Source: a virus
Lineage: Duplodnaviria > Caudoviricetes
Length of the DNA stretch: 64,000 nucleotides
Reading direction: 5' to 3' (one strand)
IMG/VR virus record: IMGVR_UViG_3300009095_000014
Span: 20,581-84,580 of that record
The position numbers and the translations under genes were made by a program. Shown one piece after another: positions 9,618 to 19,823 of the stretch. Within the stretch, counting starts at the first letter, position 1, and the number at the start of each line of letters is the position of its first letter. The notes under the pieces were generated by a model. That model was not told the DNA's origin and searched no databases. It saw only the letters and a list, made by a program, of their open reading frames with translations.

Positions 9618-12600
9618 ATGAAGATCATGCTCAAATACCCCCTCTACTTTCGCCGGTACGGCTTGCGTCTTCCGGCGCAGCTGATGACGCCGCGTGTCTT
9701 CCCGTTGACGACCCTAGGGCTGTCGCGGGAGTGCGTGCTACATTACCTGCCTGAAAGTGAAACCGAAGTGGGACCCAGTAGCGACCACCCGTTGCTGGCC
9801 TCGGCTACGCGCCTGATCTATATCAGCCACGTAACCGAGCTGACCAGTCGCGTGGGCAACCCGCGCAAGAGCTTCGTGCAACCCGGTCCGATGATCGAGG
9901 GTTATCGCCGTAAGTACCGTAAGATCCGTCCGATGTTGAAATTGGAAATGGTGACCCGTGACGATCAAAACGTCCTGGTGGTCAACTACGGTCTGCTGCC
10001 GAAACTGAACAGGTACATCCGCAGTGCGTTCACGGGGTATTACTCGTGGTTGAACATGCGGGTGACGGTGGTTGACAAGATGATCGAGATGATTGCGAAC
10101 ACCAAGCGCAATCAGTACCTCTCGATGGTCCTGCCCGATCGCATGCCGTCGCTGCAACAGCTGCGTAAAGCGGAAGTCAATCGCACTCGGGAAACCCTCA
10201 AACCGTTCGCCACGCGCGAGGCGTTGGATTTCCTCGACCTGTGGACGTGGCTCGGCAAACACCGCGCGTCCAGCAGCCAGCTGGGTAAGCTCAGTAAGGA
10301 AGACCTGCAACACGTCAACCTGCTGGTGCGTCTGAAAGGGAAGTGGATGCTGATCAACCTTGGCGTCCTCGACAGCTGGCGTGCCGACCCCACGGACAAG
10401 AAGTCAAAGGGCATGGAACCGGCTTCGTTCCAGTTGCGTTTCTTGAAGATGATGGCAGTGGTCTACGACGCAGCCAACCTGGGTGAAGAGAAGGCGCCGG
10501 TCGAAGCGGCTGGTGACAACATGGAAACCCCGGTGGTCGATGAAGTTGAGGCCAGCAAGCAAGAAGAGCAAGACGACGATAACAGCGACGAGGACATCCG
10601 TAAGCAGCTCGATGAGCTGGATGACAAGGGTGAAGTTCAGGAGATCGAAGACGAGCTGGCCGAACTGGACACGGTAGAAAAGGAAGAAAGCCTGTCCGAA
10701 GACATGTTCGACGAAGACGGTAACTACATTGGCACCCAAGTCATTGAACCGATGCCGCAAGCCGTGGGTTCGATCGGCATCCGTGACCGTCGACCGGAAG
10801 CGGCCATCATGCAGAAGGCCGATGAACTGCTCGACCGGGGACTGGTGTCTGCGGCGGAATACAAGCGCATGGAGAAGCTCTCTCGCGCGTACCGCGACAT
10901 CCCCAACCCGTACGGACAGGATGGCTTCTTGGTCGATGCCACGGTGATCACTGAAGACGAGATCAAGATCGAGAAGCGAGCACGTATCCCGGATCAGCCG
11001 CAGGTCTTGGACAAGTCGATGCTGGAATCGACCGTAGAAGACTTGGACCGCAAGTACATCGAGACCACCCTGCCCAAGGACATCGTGGCATCGGTGCTGA
11101 TGGTCCAGCAGGCGGGTATTGCGGTGACCGGGTACGATGTAGAACGGGTGAAGGACGCAGTCAGTGACTACGAAGTGCACCGGGTGCAATTGACCCCCGC
11201 AGTGGGTAAACAAAGCACCCTGACCTTCCGGGTTCCGAAGCTCCGTCCGAATGGCACCTACATGTCCAACGGCGTGACCTACCGGGCCCGCAAGCAGCGC
11301 GCTGACTTGCCGATCCGTAAAGTCTCCCCGGACCGGGTGGCACTGACCAGCTACTACTCGAAAGTGTTCGTCGACCGCTCGGAACGTTCGGTGTTCAACT
11401 ACGCCCGCTGGCTGGGGAATGCCGTAGTGGCCAAGGGACTCGATCCCGAGGACACGGTGATTACCGACCTGCGCGTGTCGAACGTGGCAGATGAACGGGT
11501 CAAGGTGCCGCCGGTGTACGCGATCCTGTCAGCACGGTGCAAGTCGCTGGTGTGCGAGGGATTCCAGTACTGGTTCGACTACAAGCATCGCTTTGAGCAC
11601 GGTCCTTTTACCGAAGGTGATCGCGCCTTGGAAAACCGGGGCATGGTCTTGGTGGCCAAGCGTGGTGAAGAAGTTCTGCTGATGGACCAGACCGATACCC
11701 TTTACCTGTCAACCGGGAAAGGCGATCTGTCGGTGCATGGCCGGGTCGAAGATGTCTTCGCCTTGGATGCCGGCAAAGCACCGATCGAGATGGCTGAAGT
11801 CAAGGTGTTCAGCAAGGTGATCCCGGCGGGTGTGGTGCTGGCGTATCTGGTGGGCTTTGACAACCTGCTCAAGCGCCTGGCCGTCACTCCGCGTCGCGTC
11901 GTCAACGGGGAGCGGATGAACCTCGCCTCGTTTGAGTTCGCCCTGCGCTTTTCGGATGAAAGCCTGATCTTCAATCGTGAAGACCCGGCCGTCAACCTGA
12001 TTCTCGCCGGCTTCAACCTGTACCGCAACGTGCTGCGCAACTACAGTGTCTACACCTTCGACAAGAAGGATGTGTACCTGAACCTGATGGAGCAGAACGG
12101 TATCACCGTGCGCTACCTGCGTGAACTGGACCTGATGGACGCCATGTTCGTCGACCCGGTGACCAAGGGTATCCTCGAATGGATGAAGGAACCGACCGAG
12201 TTTACCCGGTTGATCCTGCGGGCCGTGGCGATGCTCTGTGACCGCCATGTTCCTCAGCACATCAAGCACCCGGACGGGGCGAAGTACTCGCTGGAACGCG
12301 CCAAGGGTTACGAGCGTTTTGCCGGTGCCGTTTACAGCGAACTGGTAAAGGCCATCCGCCTGTACAACGCACGGACGGTGACGGCTAAGGCCACGGTGTC
12401 GATGAACCCGCACGCGGTATGGACCACCATCGTGCAGGACTCCTCGGCCTCGCCTATCGAAGAAGCCAACCCGATTCACAACCTGAAGGAAAAGGAAGTC
12501 ATCACCTTTGGTGGTACCGGGGGTCGCAGCCGTCGGTCGATGGTAGCGGACACGCGTCTGTTCAAGGAAGAAGACATGGGCTTCATCTCTGAGGCCACCG

Positions 12601-12769
12601 TGGACTCCGGTGACGTGGCGATCATTACCTACATGTCCCCCAATGCCAACTTGGTGAACACCCGTGGCGTGGTGCGCATGTACGACAAGGAACAGGACGG
12701 TACGTCCAGTTTGCTGTCGACCGCTGCTCTGCTGGCACCGGGGGCGGATCGGGATGACCCGAAACGAGT
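9618..12769 (+). CDS. Virion RNA polymerase beta-like subunit, exon 1 (phiKZ gp178-like)
   Basis: Beta-like motifs (TFGGTGGRS, EATVDSGDV); ends DDPKR-V at a group I 5' splice site; joins 14131 in frame to give about 1420 aa. Confidence 0.9.
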
Positions 12770-14130
12770 TAACATTAGCTCCCTTGCATCGTAAGGTGCA
12801 TTGCAAACTTCCCTAAAACGGGGAACTCTTAATTCTGAACTGTAGTAAAGTAGTTTGACATCCTATGCATTAGTTATCGAGATGCTAGCGATGTTGGAAC
12901 CAAAACCGATACCCGGATATAGTCGTTACGGGATTACCGAAGACGGCCGATTGTTCAATTTGCAATCGGGCGAAGAACTTCGGACGAGCAAAAATGCCAG
13001 AGGCTACCATGTAACCATTCTCGTAAATGACAATGGTGAACGTAAAGGCGTAAAGCGCCATCGGTTACTCGCACTGGCTCATTTAGATCTTCCCGAAGGG
13101 GACTTGGATGACTTCGTTGTCAACCATAAAGACTTAATCCCCGGTAACGACACCAAAGACAATCTTGAGTGGTGTACCCAAAAGCACAATGTTGAACACT
13201 GGGTGAAGCTCGACGGAAAGCGCCGCAGCACCGCCCTTGAAACACTTGATGTAGCCGACGATACGGTCACTCGATACAATTCAATTGCCGAGTGTTCCAA
13301 TGCACTTGGACTTGAACGGTATTCTATCCAGCTTCGTCTGGATAGAGGTCCGCAGTATGTTTGGCCCGAAGGTTTTCGGTACCGCATCGGGCACAGTGAC
13401 AGCCCTTGGCCACCAATTGAAAAGTTGGAATACGGTCGGTCTCGGGAAGTTCTGCTTAAAAGTCTACGTACCGGAAAAGTGTTTCTGTTCAATAAGCTCA
13501 CAGACACCTTGCATCTTACGGGCTACAAGCTCGCGGCAATGTGGAAGTGGGCCAGTGATCCTGCACAGCCCGTAATTCCGGGCTTGTACCAGATTCAATT
13601 TGTCGATGGGTGTAAACCTTGGCGTGAAGTCGAGGATGTTTTCTTAGATCTGCAAGATGGCATGCGAAATAAGGTCGTCTTTAGGTTTGATGAAGACTGG
13701 AGCAATCCCATCTGGTACGAGTCCGCGAGAGTTTGCGCAGAGATCAATGGGTTGAAAACCACCGCTCTGAATTATCGGTTAAAATCGAGAGGTCAAGTAG
13801 TGTATAGTGACGGGAAACGGTACTGTTACTACGAAGACCTTTCTACAGATCAGAAAAAGACAATCCGTTACGAAATCCCTCCAGAGGGACGTGTTCAACG
13901 GCCATCGAACGCTACAGTTGCAGCAGATGCAACTCAATGACACCTGTGTAAAGTCAGGTGGTTGTCAGTTAGGCAATTAAAGCTAGTAGAGTAGGGTACC
14001 AAGCGGGCCCGAAACGGGAAGCTCCCGACCACGTAAAGGTGAGGGAGATGAGATGGTCTGACCCTTGGAGAAATCCAAGGCAGGTGTCTACGCACACCGG
14101 GTCGAGGGTAGCGCCTCGACTGGACAAGTG
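12770..14130 (+). mobile_element. Group I self-splicing intron with homing endonuclease
   Basis: P1 GAGU|UAACAUUAGCUC with U.G at the splice site; terminal G14130; P3 CTTCCC 12808/GGGAAG 14016; P4 AACGGG 12817/TCCGTT 13864; P7 from GTTCAACGGCCATC 13893 and GATGGTCT 14052; splicing restores ...DDPKRVNFINIQ... Confidence 0.92.
12882..13940 (+). CDS. Intron-encoded NUMOD4-HNH homing endonuclease
   Basis: KPIPGYSRYGITEDGRL (NUMOD4); VNHKDLIPGNDTKDNLEWCTQKHNVEH (HNH); repeated C-terminal helical modules; lower GC than flanks; start ATG 12882 or 12891. Confidence 0.9.
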   Translation: MLAMLEPKPIPGYSRYGITEDGRLFNLQSGEELRTSKNARGYHVTILVNDNGERKGVKRHRLLALAHLDLPEGDLDDFVVNHKDLIPGNDTKDNLEWCTQKHNVEHWVKLDGKRRSTALETLDVADDTVTRYNSIAECSNALGLERYSIQLRLDRGPQYVWPEGFRYRIGHSDSPWPPIEKLEYGRSREVLLKSLRTGKVFLFNKLTDTLHLTGYKLAAMWKWASDPAQPVIPGLYQIQFVDGCKPWREVEDVFLDLQDGMRNKVVFRFDEDWSNPIWYESARVCAEINGLKTTALNYRLKSRGQVVYSDGKRYCYYEDLSTDQKKTIRYEIPPEGRVQRPSNATVAADATQ

Positions 14131-15241
14131 TAACTTCATCAACATCCAACAATCGCACGGTATCGCTGCCAAGGGCTATCAGGTCACCGGTCTGCGTACA
14201 GGTTACGAAGGGGTCTTGGCACACCGGACCGATGACTTGTTTGCCTCCTCGGCACGGGCTAACGGTAAGGTGGTGGGACTGGATGAGAAGTCCATTCGCA
14301 TCGAGTACGAAGACGGTAAAGTGGAGTCCATCGAACTGGGTCGCCGTTTTGGGACCTCGGGTGGTCTGACGCTGCCCCACAGCTTGGTCACGCAGTTCAA
14401 GCAGGGTGACGAGATCAAACAGGGTGACATCGTGGCGTACAACGATGGCTTCTTTGCTCCGTCCTTCTTCAACCCGAAGCAGGTCAACTGGAAGGCCGGT
14501 GTCATGGCCACCACGGCGCTGATGGAAGCGGTGTACACCCTGGAAGACAGCTCGGCCATCACGGAAGAACTGGCCGCTGAACTCGGGACCACCACCACCA
14601 AAGTCAAGGTGGTGACCGTGGCGTTCAACCAAGCGGTGCGTGGATTAGTTAAGCCCGGTGATAAGGTAGATCTGGAATCCATCCTATGTACCATTGAGGA
14701 TGAGGTTACTGCCCGTAACGACCTCTTCGATGATCAGAGCTTGGATACGCTGCGGATGCTTTCGGCAATGACGCCGCGTGCCAAGTGCGTAGGGGTGGTG
14801 GAGAAGGTGGAAATCTTCTACCACGGTGATACGGATGACATGAGCGACAGTCTGCGTGCCATCGCCCGTCAGGGTGACTTGGAACGTAAGAAGATGAGCG
14901 CGCGGATGGGTGAACCGGCCATCACGGGTGCCGTCGATCAGTCCTTCCGTATCGAAGGGGACGGCTTGAACCAGAACCACATGGCGATTCGGATCTACAT
15001 CAGCCACAACGTAGGGACTGGCGTGGGTGACAAGGCGGTCTTTGCCAACCAGATGAAGACAGTCTTTGGTCACATCCTCAAAGGGCCCCATGAAACGCAA
15101 ACGGGTGTCAAGCTCGATGCGATCTTCGGCTTTAAGTCGGTGCAGGATCGTATCGTCTTGTCACCGATGTTGATCGGAACCACCAACACCCTGCTGCGGG
15201 TCATCGGTGAGAAGGCTGCGCAGATTTACTTCGAGAACTAA
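14131..15241 (+). CDS. Virion RNA polymerase beta-like subunit, exon 2
   Basis: Begins (T)AAC TTC ATC = NFINIQQSH; GDKAVFANQMK beta motif; no credible independent start. Confidence 0.9.
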
Positions 15242-15249
15242 ACCCCTTG

Positions 15250-15277
15250 AGGGACACCCGGTCGACCGGGTGTCCCT
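15250..15277. repeat. Perfect 28-bp intergenic palindrome
   Basis: AGGGACACCCGGTC|GACCGGGTGTCCCT. Confidence 0.85.
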
Positions 15278-15295
15278 TTGCCGATGGAGTCTTCC

Positions 15296-15490
15296 ATGTC
15301 AAAGATGAATGAAATCGCCACTGCGGTAACGCTGGCGAATGGCTGTGACCTCGTGGCTGAAGTGATCCAAGAGATTGCTGGCAACGAGATTTCCACTCAC
15401 CTCAACGGTAGCGCGATTACCCGTGACACCATCAACGGTCTTTCGATGGCTACCTTCAACCAAGAGCTGGAGACGCGTCATGCTGAATAA
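15296..15490 (+). CDS. Small hypothetical protein (64 aa)
   Basis: GGAG RBS before ATG 15296; overlaps start of next gene. Confidence 0.7.
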   Translation: MSKMNEIATAVTLANGCDLVAEVIQEIAGNEISTHLNGSAITRDTINGLSMATFNQELETRHAE

Positions 15491-16868
15491 CCGTACGCTG
15501 GTACAAGTCCTGCCGCTGGCGCAGAAGCTGGTGGCGGCCGGTAAGACTGTCACCGCTTTGGAAAATACCCCGCTGGCCCTGATCAACGATTGTGCCAGTG
15601 TCCACTCGCTGTTTGTCGATGGCAAAACCATCGACGACTACAGTCACGAACAAATCTTCGAAACCCTGGTCAACTCCACCCGCTCCACCGGCGAAGACGG
15701 CATCAACGAACATGCTGCCCTGCGTCAGACCGTGGTGACCAATGCGGCGCGCGCCGTGAACCAAGCCATGAGCATGGCCCGCAACATGGTCGTGCCGGAT
15801 ATCAACCGCGTCCTGAAGACCGTGCAGGAACTGACCGATGGTTTCGTCAGCACCCTGCTGGAACCGTTCGTAGTGGTATCCGAAGAACAGTCGCCACTGT
15901 TCACTGACCCGCTGCTGCTGGAACTGGTTGAGCGTTTCTCGGAAACACCGGCCCGTGCCGTGGTTGCCCGCAGTCTGCCGGCTATCGACGTTGAAACCGT
16001 CAAGACCAAGATCGCCACCGGTAGCCAGTCCTTCGACGATGCCGTGCTCGCTTTCCTAGGCGACGCCGGTCTGATGGCGGTAGCTGAAGCGTTCAGCGGT
16101 AACATGCATTTGGACAACCTGCGTCCCGAGTTCCACTTGGGTCTTCACCTCCTGGCCAAGGCCATGGTGGATGATCCGCTGGACGGGACCCCGATGGGTC
16201 TGACCGATTACAACTTCTACCTGTCGCAGATCGTTGAGCAAACCGGTCGGACGGTGCTGCAAGTGATCGAACAGACCATGCGTCGTCGCAAGCTCGGTCT
16301 GCTCTACACCTCGCCCACCGTTGCCAACCAAGGCTTCCGTGAAATCCGTGTGGACAACGCGGTCTACGTGAAGATGCTCAAGGAAGGTCTGAGTCCCGAA
16401 GCGCTGTTCGGTAACGAACTGCTGGGCCGTCGGTACATGGCCACCCAGTTGCTCGAACACAAAGAGGAACTGGAGCTGACGTACGCGCGTGAAATGCGTC
16501 TGCGTCAAGCTCGCCACGGGGTGGAAGCGGCACAGCGCACGCGCGACTATGTGGTCTCGGCTATCACGCTGATGATCAACGAGCGTGAAGAAGACATGCT
16601 GCCCGCCCCGCGTAGCGAACTGCACGTGCGACTGCACAAGTTCTTCTCGGGTATGGTGGAGCGTGACTTCGCACCTGAAAACCTGGCCGTGATTTGCCGC
16701 AATGCTGTGACTCATGTGTTCTACGCGCACACCCCTGCGCGTCGCATCCTCGAAATCATTGACAGTGTTGGCAAGCAGAACCCCGACATAGATCCTCGTG
16801 AAGCTGCGTTGATCGCAGCTGCGAAGTACGTGTCCCAGTGGGTGGCTGCGCTGATGAAAGTCAACTAA
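15480..16868 (+). CDS. Conserved virion protein (phiKZ gp177-like by position)
   Basis: 462 aa from MLNNRTLV; strong codon bias; lies between vRNAP beta and protease genes. Confidence 0.7.
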   Translation: MLNNRTLVQVLPLAQKLVAAGKTVTALENTPLALINDCASVHSLFVDGKTIDDYSHEQIFETLVNSTRSTGEDGINEHAALRQTVVTNAARAVNQAMSMARNMVVPDINRVLKTVQELTDGFVSTLLEPFVVVSEEQSPLFTDPLLLELVERFSETPARAVVARSLPAIDVETVKTKIATGSQSFDDAVLAFLGDAGLMAVAEAFSGNMHLDNLRPEFHLGLHLLAKAMVDDPLDGTPMGLTDYNFYLSQIVEQTGRTVLQVIEQTMRRRKLGLLYTSPTVANQGFREIRVDNAVYVKMLKEGLSPEALFGNELLGRRYMATQLLEHKEELELTYAREMRLRQARHGVEAAQRTRDYVVSAITLMINEREEDMLPAPRSELHVRLHKFFSGMVERDFAPENLAVICRNAVTHVFYAHTPARRILEIIDSVGKQNPDIDPREAALIAAAKYVSQWVAALMKVN

Positions 16869-16879
16869 TTCGACAGCGC

Positions 16880-16913
16880 CATAACCGGGAGGGTCAGCGC
16901 CCTCCCGGTTATG
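16880..16913. repeat. CATA/TATG-flanked intergenic hairpin
   Basis: CATAACCGGGAGGG-TCAGCG-CCCTCCCGGTTATG, 14-bp stem. Confidence 0.8.
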
Positions 16914-16936
16914 CGGTCAACTAAAGGAAAACCACA

Positions 16937-17656
16937 ATGGCCAACGTCAAATACACCCGCGATGCTGCACGGGTTTACAAAGCCATCCAAGAGGTGGACA
17001 ACCAACTGATTGCCGTGAAGACAGTCAAGGTTCATATCCCGGCACGTTTCCCCGGTCGGGACTTGGCCCTCTTTGAAGAAGAGAGCATGTTCACGGGCAT
17101 CTGTGCCTTTATCGTTGACGATGCCTACGCCGTCTCGACCGTACCGGCCATGATGCGTACCGAACCGACCCTGACCAACACTGTCACCGTAGGCGACGAG
17201 GACTACCTCGAACTGACCTACGAACCCGGTGCACGGATCGTTACCAACCTCAATCTGGTGAAGGTCGACAGTCTGTTGTACAAAATCTATGACGAGATCA
17301 TCGCAAAAGGTCGGGTACCGTGGTACCTCGGATACGAAGACCTAGGTCGGATATTCGAGCATAGCGTGTATCACGCCGGGGAATCGGTAGGTCCCAACCC
17401 AGCGATCATGGAAATGATCGCCGCAGCCATTGTCCGTGATCCCGAGGATGTTAAGAAGTATTACCGGCAGACCATCCGGGGTTACGATGATTTGATTAGC
17501 CGTCCGCCGACGGTCATTCCGCTGCGGGCCGTCAGCTACGGTGCGACCAACGTCATTGCCAAACTCTCGGGTAGTCACTTTGAAGAAAACGTCACCAGTG
17601 CCCTTGTCTCCGCCGGTGAACGGGTGGAGCGGGTCGAAGAACTCCTAAGGATGTAA
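16937..17656 (+). CDS. Probable virion RNAP beta' C-terminal subunit (phiKZ gp176 / SPN3US gp244-like)
   Basis: 239 aa immediately upstream of the protease; C-terminus VSYGATNVIAKLSGSHFEENVTSALV loosely resembles the beta' C-terminal region; assignment mainly by synteny. Confidence 0.6.
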   Translation: MANVKYTRDAARVYKAIQEVDNQLIAVKTVKVHIPARFPGRDLALFEEESMFTGICAFIVDDAYAVSTVPAMMRTEPTLTNTVTVGDEDYLELTYEPGARIVTNLNLVKVDSLLYKIYDEIIAKGRVPWYLGYEDLGRIFEHSVYHAGESVGPNPAIMEMIAAAIVRDPEDVKKYYRQTIRGYDDLISRPPTVIPLRAVSYGATNVIAKLSGSHFEENVTSALVSAGERVERVEELLRM

Positions 17657-17661
17657 CCTTC

Positions 17662-18432
17662 ATGCAACAGTCTATTACTTACAACTGTACGGCCTTGGTG
17701 GGTACCAACAAGGTTGGTGAACTGACCAAAAGTGCCGATGGCTATTACGAGATGGTCCTCGGTGCGCTGCAAGCGTACAACAGTGCTGGGGCTTTCTATC
17801 CGCTGCAAGATGCCAAGGCGCTGTTCGAAAGCACGGCTCCGCTGATGCGGCGCATCGGCGCCGGCGCGCTGCGTGGTGAAGTCGGCCACCCTCGGTACCA
17901 AGAAGGCATGAGTGAACGGGCATGGTTCGCCCGTGTCAACGACATCTTCGAACCGAACTGCTGTGTACATTTTGCCAGCGTTTCCTTGTCCTATGACTCG
18001 ATGAAGGACAAGAAGGGTCGGCCAGTGGTGGCCATGATCGGTAAGATCAAGCCGTCCGGTGCCAACGAACGCTTCCTCGAACGTCAGTTGGAAAATCCCA
18101 AGGAGAACGTGTGCTTCTCTATCCGCTGCTTCACGCACGATACCCCGGAACGTGGGGTGATGATGAAGCGGATCAAGCACATCGTGACGTGGGACTATGT
18201 GAACGAACCCGGCATCGACATCGCCAACAAGTACAGTGCCCCGGCACTGGAGTCCTATCAGGAAGCCAGCCTGGACGATTACCGCTTCGACCTCAGCACT
18301 GTGGCTGAAGTGGCCAAGGCCGACCAAGTCAACAACGTAGGCATGGAATCGGCCGCGTCCAACATCCTGCAAATGGTCGGCTACGTCGAACCGAAAATCC
18401 AAGTCTTTGTCCCCAAAAGTTTGCAATGGTGA
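17662..18432 (+). CDS. Prohead maturation protease (phiKZ gp175-like)
   Basis: GYYEMVLGAL, GEVGHP (His), CFSIR (Ser), VTWDYVNEPG motifs; C-terminal ALES/GMES candidate self-cleavage sites. Confidence 0.88.
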   Translation: MQQSITYNCTALVGTNKVGELTKSADGYYEMVLGALQAYNSAGAFYPLQDAKALFESTAPLMRRIGAGALRGEVGHPRYQEGMSERAWFARVNDIFEPNCCVHFASVSLSYDSMKDKKGRPVVAMIGKIKPSGANERFLERQLENPKENVCFSIRCFTHDTPERGVMMKRIKHIVTWDYVNEPGIDIANKYSAPALESYQEASLDDYRFDLSTVAEVAKADQVNNVGMESAASNILQMVGYVEPKIQVFVPKSLQW

Positions 18433-19811
18433 ACCCCATGCGTGATCTACTGAAAAGCACGTTTGAAAACATCGAGGAACCGAATGACGTCGTCGAGATC
18501 GATGACGAGACCCCGATGGTCGATGCGCCGCAACCTGCGGCCATTCGCGATGACATTATTCAAGCCGAAGATACTTCGGCGGGGTTGACCGAACTGAGCG
18601 AAGCGGCTAAAGAAGTCGCCGAGAACGGTGAGGTTTCGACCGCTACGCTGGAATCGCTCCACCGCAACCTACGGCACCTGATGATCCCTTTTGGTGGCAT
18701 CCCGGCTAAGTTGTCACTGGAAAGCCTCGAAGAGGGTCAGGAAGGCGCTCTGCAAATTGCCGAGCAGGCCGAAACCCTGGCTGCTGCGGTTGACCAGACT
18801 GTAGAGGAAGAACTGGAACCGGCGCTGGAGAACGCGATCACCTACATGTTCAAGGGTCGCGCCGGTCAGTTGAAAGAGCACCGCGAGATGCTCGACGACG
18901 CCTCGGTGAAGCTTCGTCGACTGGGTAGTAAGGTTGACGAGAACCCGATGGTGTTCCGCCAGAAAGGTCTGTTCCACATGCTCACGGTGGATGATAAGGC
19001 ACTCAAGGATATCAAGGGCCATTTCAAGGAAGAGTTCGGATACCTGGTGGGTCTTATCGACTTCATCACGGATGACGTGATGCCGACTGTTGAGAAGATC
19101 TCCCAGTTGGCGCGCAGAGCGAAGACTCCCGAAGACACGGTTGAAGTGTGGGAGCAGGTTAAGAAGATGTCGAACCCCGGCCTCAAGCTCAGTAAGCTGA
19201 GCAACGGTTCGAAAGGGGTCTACATCATGTTTAACCGTCGCTTCTTTGTTTCCGACGATTCCCGCGGCGCTGGTCGTGACTCCGGGGAATGGGAAACCGA
19301 ACACTACCTGAACTTCGATGGTGGCGGTGCGGGTGATCACATCAACGAAAAGGTCAGTAAGATCTGGGGTCTGGGTGGTTTGGCCGCCGGTGCGGTGCTG
19401 GCGGCGAAAGCAGGTGCGACGCTTGTTCCTGGCATCTGGATCGCAGTAGGTGCTGGCATTATGGCCAATGGTGTTGCCACTCGCATCGAAGGTGGTAAGA
19501 TTGCTGGCGTGATCACGTCGAAAGACCTGATGGAATGCCTCGAAATGGCCAGCGATGCCAACGAGAAGCTGCTGAAGGAAGTTGCTGCCGAAAAGGGGCG
19601 TGATGGCGAGGTCAGTATGCTACTCGCCCATATCGACGATCTACCACGTGGCACGCCTGAAGCAAAAGCAGCCCGGAAGGCTTTGCTCGCGGTTGGTCGG
19701 ATGCTGTCTGGAATGCAGTGGAACACCTTCGAAGGTGTGTTTACCCAGTTGCATGCAGTAACTTACCAGACCTCCAAACTGGCACAGTCTGTGATCAAGC
19801 AAAACTCCTAA
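18426..19811 (+). CDS. Head/ejection protein with acidic propeptide, paralog 1
   Basis: Acidic N-terminus with S/A-x-E sites (LSLE, SLE, PALE); Gly/Ala hydrophobic segment; shares GRAG and PxVxxxGLxxxLT motifs with next gene. Confidence 0.7.
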   Translation: MVNPMRDLLKSTFENIEEPNDVVEIDDETPMVDAPQPAAIRDDIIQAEDTSAGLTELSEAAKEVAENGEVSTATLESLHRNLRHLMIPFGGIPAKLSLESLEEGQEGALQIAEQAETLAAAVDQTVEEELEPALENAITYMFKGRAGQLKEHREMLDDASVKLRRLGSKVDENPMVFRQKGLFHMLTVDDKALKDIKGHFKEEFGYLVGLIDFITDDVMPTVEKISQLARRAKTPEDTVEVWEQVKKMSNPGLKLSKLSNGSKGVYIMFNRRFFVSDDSRGAGRDSGEWETEHYLNFDGGGAGDHINEKVSKIWGLGGLAAGAVLAAKAGATLVPGIWIAVGAGIMANGVATRIEGGKIAGVITSKDLMECLEMASDANEKLLKEVAAEKGRDGEVSMLLAHIDDLPRGTPEAKAARKALLAVGRMLSGMQWNTFEGVFTQLHAVTYQTSKLAQSVIKQNS

Positions 19812-19823
19812 GCGAGGTTAGTC

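Noticed and set aside
12770-12794. C-terminal NISSLAS and stop of the 1058-aa ORF
   Set aside because: Read-through into intron P1/P2, not part of the mature protein
12855-12884. TTGACA as a sigma70 -35 box for the endonuclease
   Set aside because: No credible -10 hexamer at 16-18 bp spacing
14039-14130. Track N-terminus MREMRWSDPW... as an independent gene start
   Set aside because: Lies inside the intron's P7-P9 region; the coding part begins at 14131
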